The position numbers and the translations under genes are program-made. From positions 47,988,001-48,052,000 of the forward strand of contig OX597818.1 of assembly GCA_951406725.2 (NCBI GenBank): a stretch of 64,000 nt of DNA, given 5' to 3'. This DNA is from Octopus vulgaris. Lineage: Eukaryota. The first letter of the stretch is position 1, and every line of letters starts with the position of its first letter. This document shows positions 26,572 to 38,939 of the stretch, piece after piece. The notes beneath the pieces were generated by a model. That model did not search any database, was not told the origin of the DNA, and saw only the letters and a list, made by a program, of their open reading frames with translations.

Positions 26572-26782
26572 ACTCTTTTACTCTTTTACTTGTTTCAGTC
26601 ATTTGACTGTGGCCATGCTGGAGCACCGCCTTTAGCCAAGCAAATCGACCCCAGGACTTATTCTAGCGGTCTCTTTTGCCGAACTGCTAAGTTACGGGGA
26701 CGTAAACACACCAGCATCGGTTGTCAAGTGATGTTGGGGGAACAAACACAGACACACAAACACGCACACGCACACACGCACG

Positions 26783-26878
<96 letters not shown>

Positions 26879-27048
26879 CACACGACGGGCTTCTTTCAGT
26901 TTCTGTCTACCAAATCCACTCACAAGGCTTTGGTCGGCCCGAGGCTATAGTAGAAGACACTTGCCCAAGGTGCCACGCAGCTGGACTGAACCCGGAACCA
27001 TGTGGTTGGCAAGCAAGCTACTTACCACACAGTCACTCCTACGCCTAT
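26572..27048 (-). mobile_element. SINE family B, full length (CORE-like, OR2-type)
   Basis: tRNA-like head, gtggcaccttgggcaagtgtctt CORE-like segment, internal (TA)/(TG) tract, aagtaaaagag tail. Confidence 0.9.
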
Positions 27049-28021
27049 AAACATGTCAGAAAAAGTTAACCCCATCATTCAAACGCTTAAACACATCTCA
27101 TTAACACACATGGCCCCTAGTCACATGGCACATCTTAAGGCATGAGCATGTAGGGTAGTTGCCCGGGGCTTCACGCTTTTAGGGACCCATTTCTTATCTA
27201 TGTAGTATTCTATGGCTTGTTGTCAATAAATAAATACTTTAGAGTCCAGTGCGTTGATTTGTCTGTGGGTCTACATTTCTGCTAAGACAGTCCTGGTCCT
27301 TGGAACCGGGGATAAAGTTAATATTTCAAACAGCACTTGTCAAACATTCTGAAAGACATGTTTGTAATACTTTTGCTATAATTAATTTGAAAATTCAAGG
27401 AAGATTTAAAAAAAATATTCATGACATTTTTCACCACTTTGTAAAAGAGGTAATTTATTAGTTTCCTACTGTATGTAATGGGTGGGCATAATCCAATTAC
27501 CATTTCGTCATATTAGTTATATACCATGAATTATAAGCTACAGGGGTTGTTCTCACATCGTTCCATAAATTATAATAAAATACGTAGGAGTAAATATTTT
27601 TAGAATCTCCTCCCTTCATTGTTATTGATTTCTTATTATCTTGTTGTTGTTGTTGTTGCTGTTGCTGCTGTTGTTGTTGTTGTTGTTATACCAAATCGTA
27701 TATTGTAATTGTTTCTTGTTGATCAAGAAACCCTAAATGCATCAAAAATAAACACGTGTTTGCTTATGGAGAGATAGACAGAGAAGAGAGATAGAGAGGA
27801 AGGAGAAAGGAGAGGAAGGAGAAATGAAGAAAGCGAGAAAGATGGAAATGGTGTTATTAGACAGATAGAAACACTGAGTCCGCAATAATATAGATTGGCA
27901 GGTTGGCATACCGGGAGAAAAATAGGAGAAAGCAAATAATGATGATAATAAATACATAAATGAAATACGCGAAACGAAACTGAGAGAAACGAAGAGAAAG
28001 AGAGAGAGGTAGAAGTGTTGG

Positions 28022-28245
28022 AGAAGGAAGAAGAAGAAGAAGAAGAAGAAGAAGAAGAAAAAGAAGAAGAAGAAGAAGAAAAAGAAGAAGAAGAAGAAGA
28101 AGAAGAAGAAGAAGAAGAATAAGAATTAGAAGAAGAAGAAGAAGAAGAAGAAGAAGAAGAAGAAGAAGAAGAAGAAGAAGAAGAAGAAGAAGAAGAAGAA
28201 GAAGAAGAAGAAGAAGAAGAAGAAGAAGAAGAAGAAGAAGAAGAA
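28022..28245. repeat. (GAA)n microsatellite
   Basis: Direct reading. Confidence 0.97.
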
Positions 28246-28691
28246 GGGTGAAAGAAAACGTCAATATGAAACAAAATGCCAATAATAAGGTGGCAGAGTA
28301 ATTGTGATACGAAGTTTGAAAGAATAGCAAAGAATTAGATTCATTAATATTCATATAGAATCGCCTAGACACGTGTATCAAAGCAGAGGAGGCGCAACAG
28401 CTATTTAACTGCAGGTCAGGAAGCTGCTCATCCATTTAGTCACTAACGTTGCTATCTCACAGGTAAGCTCCCAAGAATTATTATTTTCTCTTTTTTAACT
28501 GTTTTTTTTCCAATATTTAGACTTCTTTCGTATTGCATTTTTATTTCTTTTTTCTTATCCAACTTGATATATACTTAATGCTTGTTTCATTGTCTCCCAT
28601 TTTATCACTTATATAAGGAAACTAACGATCGCGGTTTCGTGTCTATTTGGAGTATGTTTATGCATAAATTGCATGGAGCCGAAACAAACTC

Positions 28692-28692
<1 letters not shown>

Positions 28693-28743
<51 letters not shown>

Positions 28744-28747
28744 GTTA

Positions 28748-28785
<38 letters not shown>

Positions 28786-28789
28786 GTTA

Positions 28790-28836
<47 letters not shown>

Positions 28837-28846
28837 GTTATTGTTA

Positions 28847-28887
<41 letters not shown>

Positions 28888-28897
28888 GTTATTGTTA

Positions 28898-28965
<68 letters not shown>

Positions 28966-29097
28966 ATAAGGTTGTCCCAAAAGTTTGTAAAAACTTTGCG
29001 AAAATTTGAATTTTTATGCAATTTTTAATTGTTTGTTTGGGTTTATATTGTTATAGTCAATTTTCGCAAGTGTTTACGAACTTTTGGGACAACCTAA

Positions 29098-29160
<63 letters not shown>
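28693..29160. repeat. (TTA/TTG)n tract interrupted by a MITE
   Basis: Direct reading. Confidence 0.95.
28967..29097. mobile_element. 131-bp Tc1/mariner-type MITE
   Basis: TA-taaggttgtcccaaaagtttgtaaaaactttgcgaaaat ... attttcgcaagtgtttacgaacttttgggacaacctaa-TA; termini resemble the mariner at 58126. Confidence 0.85.
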
Positions 29161-29161
<1 letters not shown>

Positions 29162-29311
29162 AATAATGTGTTGAGAGCCATATACTTTCGTTTCTCCACT
29201 CAGTTACACACACACACACACACACGCAAACACACTCTCTCACACACACACACACACAAACACACACCTCTGTATATATGTATGTATGTACTGGCATTGA
29301 TATAGTTGAAT

Positions 29312-29466
29312 ATTCCGCCGAGGTCGACTTTGCCTTTCATCCTTTCGGGGATCGATAAATTAAGTACCAGTTACGCACTGGGGTCGATGTAATCGACTTA
29401 ATCCGTTTGTCTGTCCTTGTTTGTCCCCTCTGTGTGTAGCCCCTTGTGGGTAGTAAAGAAATAGGT
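29312..29466 (+). mobile_element. SINE family A, 5'-truncated
   Basis: 15-bp TSD ttgatatagttgaat at 29297-29311 and 29468-29482; ends gaaataGGT. Confidence 0.9.
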
Positions 29467-29717
29467 TTTGATATAGTTGAATTGTTTGGTTTTATTATTA
29501 TATTATATAGTTAATTAATTGTGTTTTGTCGCATTATCTTGTCTAAACGGATATTTCCTTTAATACCACTGTATACACATTGAATCATAATCCTTTTCAG
29601 ATAATCGTACTAAAGATCAAGGTGGTGTAAAAAGTTTGATAACTTTCTGAAAAGTGCTTCTTCACTTTTGTCTCTCACAAATTTGATCTGTACTATTAGG
29701 CTACATATTCGGGAAAT

Positions 29718-29813
<96 letters not shown>

Positions 29814-30305
29814 AACACTTTCCCCTCTGGTCAATCTCTCATCAACTTCTTCAAGTATCACTTGAAAAGGAAAGTGAGAGTAGAGAGGCAAGTTTTGTCT
29901 AGCGAATGTTTCAAAAAAAGATGGGTGAATGTAGCACGTATGAATGGCACGTATGAATGACGAAGCCACCTTGAGCATAATCCTATGAACCCGGAAAAAT
30001 TTAAAACAGAGTTACTTACTTGCAAATAAATGTGTTAACATGTGACATTATTGACCGAGGTTACCGTGGTCTTTTCCGTGGCCTTTTCTTTCCACGGATA
30101 AACCTTATCTGTTTACCCCTTTATACTTTACATCATGACATTTCTGTGATACACGATCCCTATTGATCGTTTTTTTCTTTCCTTTTTACGATCCCTTTTG
30201 ATTGACCCCCCCCCCCACCTTTTTAATTTTTTTCCCCCAAAAAAGAAAAGCTCTACTTTGTAATTTGTCCCCTCTGTGTTCAGCCCTATGTGGCTAATAA
30301 AGAAA
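29814..30305 (+). mobile_element. 3' end of a Tx1/L1-like LINE (ORF2 C-terminus and 3' UTR) in a (CTAT)n tract
   Basis: Translates SGQSLINFFKYHLKRKVRVERQVLSSECFKKRWVNV, like Tx1 ORF2 ends; pyrimidine-rich UTR with aataaa; CTAT repeats upstream and a tatctatc remnant downstream. Confidence 0.6.
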
Positions 30306-30322
30306 CATATTTATCTATCAGT

Positions 30323-30634
30323 GGAGGCGCAATGGGTCATTGGTTAGGGCAGCAGACACGCGGTCGGAGGATCGCGGTTTCGATTCCCAGACCGGGCGTT
30401 GTATGTATTTATTGAGCGAAAATACCTAAAAGCTCCACGAGGCTCCAGCAGGGGGTGGTGGCGACCCCTGTTGTACTCTTTCGCCACAACTTTCTCTCAC
30501 TCTTTCTCCCTGTTTCTTGAGTAACGCTGCGATGGACTGGCGTCCCTTCCAGCTGTGGGGAACACATACGCCACTGAAACCGGGAAACCGGGCCCATGAG
30601 CCTGGCTAGGCTTGAAAAGGGCGCATAAATAATA
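30323..30634 (+). mobile_element. SINE with head C and an alternative V-domain-like tail
   Basis: Head as at 2355; tail ctgcgatggactggcgtccc...gaaaccgggaaaccgg, also seen at 52425-52650 (-). Confidence 0.85.
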
Positions 30635-30699
30635 AATCTATCTATCTATCAATCTATCTATCTATCAATCTATCTATCTATCAATCTATCTATCTATCT

Positions 30700-30774
<75 letters not shown>

Positions 30775-31143
30775 GATAAATAGATACGTGTGTTTATGTG
30801 TGTGAGTGTGTGTATGAGTGTGAGTGTATGTGTGTTTGTGTTTGTGTCAATAATTAATATGGACCTTAAGCAAGGACCATTGTTAATTATTTATTGATGT
30901 TGACGCTACTTTTTCTGTTGTTATTAATTTGTAAAATAGAGAAATATTTGAAACTTTTCCAGAAAGTTGAGTCCACCAACAAGTTTTGATTGTTATCACT
31001 TTCACTTCTCAGATGTGATCAATGAGTTTGTGAAAGGCGCGAACTTTACAATATACTCCTACTTTTTTAATATTAAACCTTGTCTACGATTGTTTACTGA
31101 CAAGCCTTTCCCTCTTTTTTGTATTTTATATCAACCGTACATG

Positions 31144-31487
31144 TGAAGGCGCATGGCTCAGTGGTTAGAGCGTCGAGCTTACGATCGTGAGGTTGTGAGC
31201 TCGAATCTCGGACCGGGCTGCGTGTCGTGTTCTTGAGCAAGACACTTTATTTCACGTTGCTCCAGTTCACTCAGCTGTAGAAATGAGTTGCGACGTCACT
31301 GGTGCCAAGCTGTGTCGGCCCCTTGCCTCTCCTTTGGATAACACTGGTGGCGTGGAGAGGGGAGGCCGGTACGCATGGGCGACTACTGGTCTTCCATAAA
31401 CAACCTTGTCCAGACTTGTGCCTGGGAGGGTAACTTTCTAGGTGCAATCCCATGGTCAGTGTCGTGACCGAAGGGCGGGAGGTCTCA
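31144..31487 (+). mobile_element. tRNA-derived SINE, head D with tail E
   Basis: A box tggctcagtgg, B box gagctcgaatc, CORE-like tgttcttgagcaagacactt. Confidence 0.85.
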
Positions 31488-31489
31488 GA

Positions 31490-31764
31490 TGTGTGTTCTC
31501 CACTTTGGTTGTTTGTACTTCCGGGAATCATCTATCGTGCTCCTATCACCTCCTTGCTATTTTGATAAGTCTCTCACGCTTCAAAGCTTCTTGTTCTTAC
31601 AATATTCTCCGTTCACTCTTACGTACAATATTCTTTTAGAATTAAAGTTGTGTTCAATTTTCTTCGAAAACTAAAGCATCGCTCTTTGGATATTTTTCTT
31701 TACATATCATGAATAGCTTATTTGCTTTGATGGTCCAGTCTGTACATAATGGGAAGTCCCATTG

Positions 31765-31765
<1 letters not shown>
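31490..31765 (-). pseudogene. Dong-like endonuclease fragment
   Basis: WDFPLCTDWTIKANK, compared with WDFPVHTDRTIKANK in the 15.7-kb element; begins directly after (TAA)n on the minus strand. Confidence 0.6.
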
Positions 31766-31767
<2 letters not shown>

Positions 31768-31823
<56 letters not shown>

Positions 31824-31887
31824 GTCATTATTATTATTGTTATTATTATTATTGTTATTATTATTATTATTATTACTATCATCATCA

Positions 31888-31954
<67 letters not shown>

Positions 31955-31956
31955 CA

Positions 31957-32017
<61 letters not shown>

Positions 32018-32035
32018 TATTATTATTATTATTAA

Positions 32036-32101
<66 letters not shown>

Positions 32102-32123
32102 CATCATCATCATCATCATTATT
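31768..32123. repeat. (TTA/TCA)n tract
   Basis: Direct reading. Confidence 0.95.
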
Positions 32124-32124
32124 C

Positions 32125-32720
32125 ATGGTGCACACGAATATTTTACATTTAGAATCAATGTCCTTGATACCGAGGACATTTCTTACAATTCTTGATATTC
32201 CCAATAGAGCAGATTTCTGAATTAATGCAACTCGCATAGTTACACCAATCTCAATAAGGAAACAGTCAGGTCTGCGATTACTTTTGTAGAAACCCTCCAC
32301 AGGCTTCGTATTTCTAAAGCCATATCATATTTTCTCCTGTTCTATGATTGCAACACTCATGTCATCTATAATAATGCACTCTCTTCCCCCTTGTCCAGAA
32401 AGATAACGTCATGTCGCCTTGCACGAAGTCTGTACATTAAAATCCCATAAGACCTTACACTTACACTTTCTGATTGCTACTATACTCTTCCTACTTTAAA
32501 TCTTCTTTGCTGTAAAATGTTCCAGTATAGTGTCTTGGCCACACAATCATGTCTGCTTCTATACTCTTTCTGTGCCAAAGGACAACAGGAACTTATTATG
32601 TGCATAACAGATTGCTCTTTTTCATTACTTACACTGCTCTTTGCACTTTTCACGGATCTAACTATTTTTGTCGCAGTGATATTCGTCCGCAATGACTGGC
32701 TTTGAGCAGCAATTATTTGT
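32125..32720 (-). pseudogene. Dong/R4-like CCHC and endonuclease fragment
   Basis: SVMHIISSC.PLAQKEYRSRHDCVAKTLYW; IQKSALLGISRIVRNVL. Confidence 0.75.
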
Positions 32721-32744
32721 CTTTTATTATAATTATTATTGTTT

Positions 32745-35700
32745 TACTTCTCAGAATCTTTGGTCTTGTATGTTGTGGTTGATTGATTCTGTGAGAGCGG
32801 ACAGCAGCAGAGTGCTATCAGAGGACTCACATGGCTTCTTCCTACACATTATAAACTTTGATACTTGTTTGTTAATTATCGTGGGAGACATTCAACATCC
32901 AAGTGCCAATCTCAAAATTCTAGCTGTCACCAACAGAGCAGTTTTTTTGCATTTGCTCTGTTCTCATGTCAAATCCAATTTCTCTGACATATTTCTTGAA
33001 CTTGGTTGTTAGGGTTCCAAGTGCCCCTACAACTACTGGAATGACAGACACTCTCCTCATAGTCCACATTCTTGCAATTTCGTCTTTTACTAGTCTGTAC
33101 TTTTCAATCTTTTCTAGTTCTTTGTCACTTATGTGTGCATCTCCAGGTGTTGCAATATCTGTGATCTTGGTTTCCTTTTTTCCTTTATCTATCACAACAA
33201 TATCTGGTCTTCGAGTCTCGATTAGGGGGTCACATTGGATTGTATAATCCCAAAGTATCTTATGTTCTTTGTTCTCAGTGACTCCTGGTTCATGTTCGTA
33301 CCATTTCCGTACACTGTTCAGGCCGTACTTTTCACATAACTTCCAGTGGACGAACTTAGCCGCGTTATCGTGCCTCCTTTTGTAGTGTTTTTGGGCCAGC
33401 TTGCTACACTCACTCACAATATGTGACACTGTTTCGTTTCTACTGCCACACATCCTACAAAAAGGCGATTCGCTACACTTATCTATTTGGAACTTTTGTA
33501 ATTTGTAATTAGTTCTCGGAGCTTGTTCCTGGGTGCTGCATATCAATGCCTCAGCGCATCTTTTCAGATCACCTTTTCTTAGCCATCTCCAAATGTTGAT
33601 CTCGTCTTTTCCTTCGGTTTCTCTGAGGTATTACCCATGCAGTAGTTTCATTTTTCAGTTGTTTACTCTTTCTTCTTCATCATGTTTCTTAAATGTTTGT
33701 GGGTGCATCGCATTTTCGCAATGTATTATATTGTTAATTCTAACAGCGGCAAGCAAGGATTCACTCTGCTTATTGATGTGCTATCTCAGACAGTTTTTCT
33801 CGTTGACAACACAGATATTGCATCCAATGAGATCTCTTCCACCCCTGTTTCTAGGCACACACAGTCTGTCAGTATCGCTTTTTGGGGATGTAGTTCCTTG
33901 TTAATTGTCATCACTTTTCTAGTTTTCCTGTCCATTTCCTTAAGCTCGTTCTTTGTCCCCCTAACAACACCTGCGCCGTATCACATTAAGGAAACAACCC
34001 ATGTGTTCATTACTCTGATTTTGTTTTTTCTATTGAGTCTACTTCTCATAATTAACTTGGTTCTGCTGAGATATTGTCGCCTAAAGCTTTCCTTCATTTC
34101 ACCTTCCTTGCTTTTGCCGTATTCTAAATTCCCCCAATATTTATATCCATTAGTCTCAATATCCTTGATTTTCTCACTGTTGGGCAGCTATACATAATCA
34201 GACGACACTACTTTGCATCTTTGTATTATAAGAATACCACACTTTTTAGTCCCAAATTCCATTCCGATATCTTTACTGAATATCGGCACTGTTGAAACTA
34301 CGCCATTTATTTCACGTTCGGTCTTTCCAAAAATCTTTAAATCATCCATATATAACAGGTGGTTTAATTTTCCTCTACTTTTCAAAGTGTACCCCAATGT
34401 CACTTTCAGTAGTATCAGTATAAGGGGTATCATACAAATCACAAACAGCAATGATGACAGGCTATCTCCTTGAAATATGCCTCTCTTGATGTTAACCGTC
34501 ACCAAAATTTTCCACATGAAGTTAACTCTGTATTCCAGTTTTTCATTGATCTCTTAATAAAATTTGATATGTTATCGGACACCTGTACCAGCTCAAGACT
34601 TTCTAAACGGGGGATCATGTCGTACGTTTTCTTATAATCGATCCACGCCATGCCCAGACTAGTAAGTCTTTTCTTGCAGTCGTTCAGTACCATTCTGTCT
34701 ATCAGAAGTTGGTCTTTTGTCCCTCGGCTTTTCCTTCTGCATCCTTTCTCTTCCACTGGCAGTTTGTCATTCATTTCCAGGAAGTTATACGCATAATTAG
34801 ATATTATTCCTCTCATCAGCTTCCACATCAGGAGCAGGCAGGTGATAGGTCGGTAATTATCCACTGCAATGCCTTTGCTGGAATCCTTTTGGCAAAGAAT
34901 TGTTTTAGCTGTGGTCAGCCACTTTGGGATTTATACACCGTTGTTGATCATTTTATTAATTTGTGTGGCTATTCTCCTGTGTAGTGCTGGGAAATTTTCA
35001 GTCAATATCCTTGTACCGGACCTTGACATTTCTAGTTTGGGATCTTTGTTGCCTGTTCGGTTACCATTTCAGTCGTTATTCTAATATTGCTCTGTTTCAC
35101 TTCATATTTTTCCGACCTTACTTCTTTCGACCATTTAGCATCTTTGTTATGCTTTCTTCCATTATGCCAGATGTTTCTCCAAACCCTTTTACTTTCTTCA
35201 GTATCTGATCTCTCACTGCTGTTAACCTTTCCATTCAGCTGTTGCTAAACCCTTTTCAGGTCTTGTTGGAACAAGCTATTGATTTTATATTGTTCAATTC
35301 TTTGGTCATATCTCTTGATCTTTGTCGCTTTAACCTGTTTCAGCTCTTCAATAACTCCATTTAGCCCCTTTTCCTTTATCCTATATCTACATTTTAGTTC
35401 CTGATATTTCTCCTCCCTCTTGATTTCACCTTTTTTCTTTTCTTTCCAAGATGTTGATATGCTTTCGTAGTTCGTTCATTGATTGTTTTATTCTTCTTTT
35501 CCACCAAGGTTCTTTTTCTTCGTTCCCACATTTACGGTTTGGTTTGAGGTCCACTTTATTTCCTATATAGATGATGCAGGCTTTAATCAATCTATTCGTT
35601 CCGGTTATATTATTTGTCTTGATTTCTTTCAGTATTTTATTCACCTTAAGGGTCCACCCTCTGAGCAAATTTCTATCTACTTTCCTGAATCCATTTATTT

Positions 35701-36525
35701 CCATATCCAGGATTACCTCAATGATACAAGTAATGTCTTCGATTGTCCCTTTGTCTTCATATTTAGTCCTTCTCTACACTTAGGGCTTAAGGCATTATAC
35801 CGCTCCCGGTTACTCTCATTAAGCGCAGCCTCGTCAGCATCTCTGTATCTATTTCTGCATTGCTCCCCGTGTTTTCGGTCATCATCCTCCACCTAATCTC
35901 ATCGAATTCTAGTACTTCCTTATTGTTCTTACTTGGTCACAGAGTCTCTGTTCCGTGATATCTGAGCCCTGCTTCTCCATCCATATGTTATGCATCCTCT
36001 TTCTATATCCTCTTATAGGTCTCCCTTCATTATCAGTGGGCCTGCTCAAAAAATAATATCCCATGACAACTCTATTCATCATCTTAGTCCATTCAGTTCC
36101 AGCAGCCGTATAATGACGACTGGGCTTATGCTGCTCACCCACAGGGCACCCTGCCGTGCGAAAGTCCGTCATCTGTAGGTCCCGTCCTGATTTACGCGGT
36201 TGTTTGTGTTAATTCTATTACTCTCATGCAGAAGAAAGTGTTGAGAAGGTGTCACAACCACCAATATTTTTATTGAGACACCATCTCTACAGGGGTTTGT
36301 CTAAAAAGACTCAAAGAGGCCCTCCTCCCCTTAGAAGTTTAAGTGAGCTATCCTGCACTGGACACTAAACCCAGTATTCAGTGCTCCACAGTTGGTAGAT
36401 GGTGAATAAGTTATTATTTGGATGGCCGTTGACCCCTCAGAGTTCATCCGCCCTTAGACAGGTCTTGTATTTCATCCTGCGGAGTGACCAAACAGCAAAA
36501 AGCACATTCCTCACAAAGCAAACTA
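32745..36525 (-). mobile_element. Near full-length, decayed R4/Dong-like non-LTR retrotransposon
   Basis: N-terminal RGYRKRMHNIW...TEQRLCDQVR; RT motifs [37 protein letters not shown]; CRMC..ETVSHIVSEC, RHD, RRPDIV, IPVVVGALG; many frameshifts; TAA/CAA remnants at both ends. Confidence 0.92.
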
Positions 36526-36554
36526 TTATGATTGTTGTTGTTATTATTTGTTAA

Positions 36555-37139
36555 AAACTCACAGCTTATTTTTGCTGGGGATGATGAAAAGTGACAGCTG
36601 TCCACAGCCTGCAGACTAAGGTGACACTTGTTTACTGGTCATGTTTCGAGAACCCTGCGAAGAATTCTTGCAGTTCCAAGCAATGCTGATTTTTGTAGGT
36701 GTTCTACCTTCACACTTGCACCGATCTTTTCCCGCCATGTTGGTAGTTGAGTGTTGATACTTCCAAGTGCACCAATTACTATTGGTATCACGTCTACTCT
36801 CTTCATTGGCTACAGCCTTCGTATTTCTTGCTTCAAATCGTCATAGTTGTTTATATTTTCTTTCATATTGATCTTGTTGCCACAGGGGTATGCTATGTTG
36901 ATTATCAAACATGTTCTTTCTTGTATTTACCATAACAATGTCAAGCGTCCGATATCTGGTCAGGTGATCGCACTAGATCCTTGTATCCCGCAGGATTTTG
37001 CAATTCTCACTCTCGGCGACCCCTTCTGGGGTCTGTTCATATCACATCTTTGCACTTTGTAGGCTGTGATTTCCACAGAGCTCCCAATGGATCATTCTTG
37101 CCACATTGTCATGGCGTCTTTTATATCCCCGTTGTGCCA
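36555..37139 (-). pseudogene. 5'-truncated Dong/R4-like element (endonuclease and 3' UTR)
   Basis: LAQRGYKRRHDNVARMIHWELC ... LQKSALLGTARILRRVL. Confidence 0.8.
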
Positions 37140-37154
37140 ATTATTATTATTTTA

Positions 37155-37866
37155 TGTCTTTGCACAGCTTCTAACGCTGGAGGTGTACTACGGTATCAGC
37201 TGTTCACTACCAGTGAACTAAGGTAACACTCCTTATTTTTCGAGCACCATTCGGAGTATTCAAGCGGTTCCAAGCAGTGCTGTTTTCTGCAGGTACTGAA
37301 CCATTATTACAACCCCTATTTGTTCCATGTGCTTCTCAAGAATTTTACTCACTGTTCCCAGGGCTCCGACAATTATTGGTACTACTACCACCTTTTTCAG
37401 CGACCACAACTGTTTAACCTCCCAAGCTAACCTGTCATATCTATCGACTTTTCCTTCTTCCATATCGCATACCTTGTTGTCAGCTGGGCGTGCTATATCT
37501 ATGATCCAGTACCGTTTGCTTTCTTTCTCAATTATGACTATGTCTGGCTTCCTATTCTCTATCTCATGGTCGCACTGAATCATAAAATCCCATAGGATCT
37601 TTGCATCATCATTTTCAATGGTGCCTTCGGGTTTATGTTCGTACCACTTTTTTGCTCTGTCAAGTCCATACTAGTTTCAAAGTGTCCCACGGACAGTCCT
37701 TGCTATGTTGTCATGACGTCTCTTATATTCTTTCTGGACTAGTGGCGTACATTGACTGGTAATATACCATACGGTTTCACCATTTTGTCCACAAATTCTG
37801 CACTTATCACTTTCTGATGTGTTGTCCATTCTGTATTTGACGTAATTAGTTCTTAATACCCTGCTC
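37155..37866 (-). pseudogene. 5'-truncated Dong/R4-like element (CCHC, endonuclease, 3' UTR)
   Basis: LRTNYVK, CRICGQNGETV, RRHDNIAR, IQCDHEIENRKPDIV, VPIIVGALG, LQKTALLGTA. Confidence 0.85.
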
Positions 37867-38642
37867 TTATTATTATTGCTGTTGTTGTTATTGTTGTTGT
37901 TGTTGTTGTTGTTGTTGTCGTTGTCGTTGTTGCTGTTGTTGTTATTTCCCTCTATTATCAAACTCAAAATGTTTACATTTTGTCTTGTGGCTTTACCGAT
38001 ATCTCAATTTTCTTTTGAGTGCATCTTGTTTTATCACAGAACACGGAAGTTTATGTTTGTAACTAATAAACTATGTTCCTGTAAACATATATATCCCCCC
38101 CACCACCACCACCATTAAACTTCTCTGCATCATTATCTAAAATGTAAGAGCTTTTTTTTTTACTATGATGACGGAGGCTCAATTTATCCAATGTTGATTA
38201 CTTCCATCACGGCCTGCATATTGTGATGAACTACATCTACCAACATTATGTTGGATCTCTGAGCCTCCAGAAACAGCTGTTGGACTTATAACACCTTACT
38301 TCCTCCCCTTTAATTCTCTCTGTCATTTGTTCTCTGTGTAAGTTTTATACTTAAATATTCATCGTCTGAAAGTCTTCCATTTTTTTTCTTTTCTCTCGTT
38401 TTGCATGTATACATATGTATATGTTGTATATCATACCCAAGTTGTTATATTTAATAGATTTAATATGTTTATCCGCTTAATTGCCTCCATATCTGCTCAA
38501 CTTGTTCCCTCTTATAACCATTATTTATCCCACAGAATTGGTTCCTCCGTAAAGACATCGGAGTCTAAGTTTGAATCGTTTGAGCGCTACTAAGTGTCTT
38601 CTATACGGAGAACCCCTGGAGATCTCATCTGTTGACTATATA

Positions 38643-38755
<113 letters not shown>

Positions 38756-38763
38756 GTATATGT

Positions 38764-38862
<99 letters not shown>

Positions 38863-38939
38863 TGTATGTATGTATGTGTGTGTGTGTGTGTGTATTATGT
38901 GTGTGTGTGTGTGTGTGTAATTGTCTGTTACAGAGTAGT

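Noticed and set aside
36418-36525. HDV-like ribozyme at the 5' end of the long Dong-like element (minus strand gcagg..cctgt-CTAA-gggcgg)
   Set aside because: Only a P4-like stem and a CUAA linker are visible; I could not build P1, P2 or P3, so a family consensus would be needed
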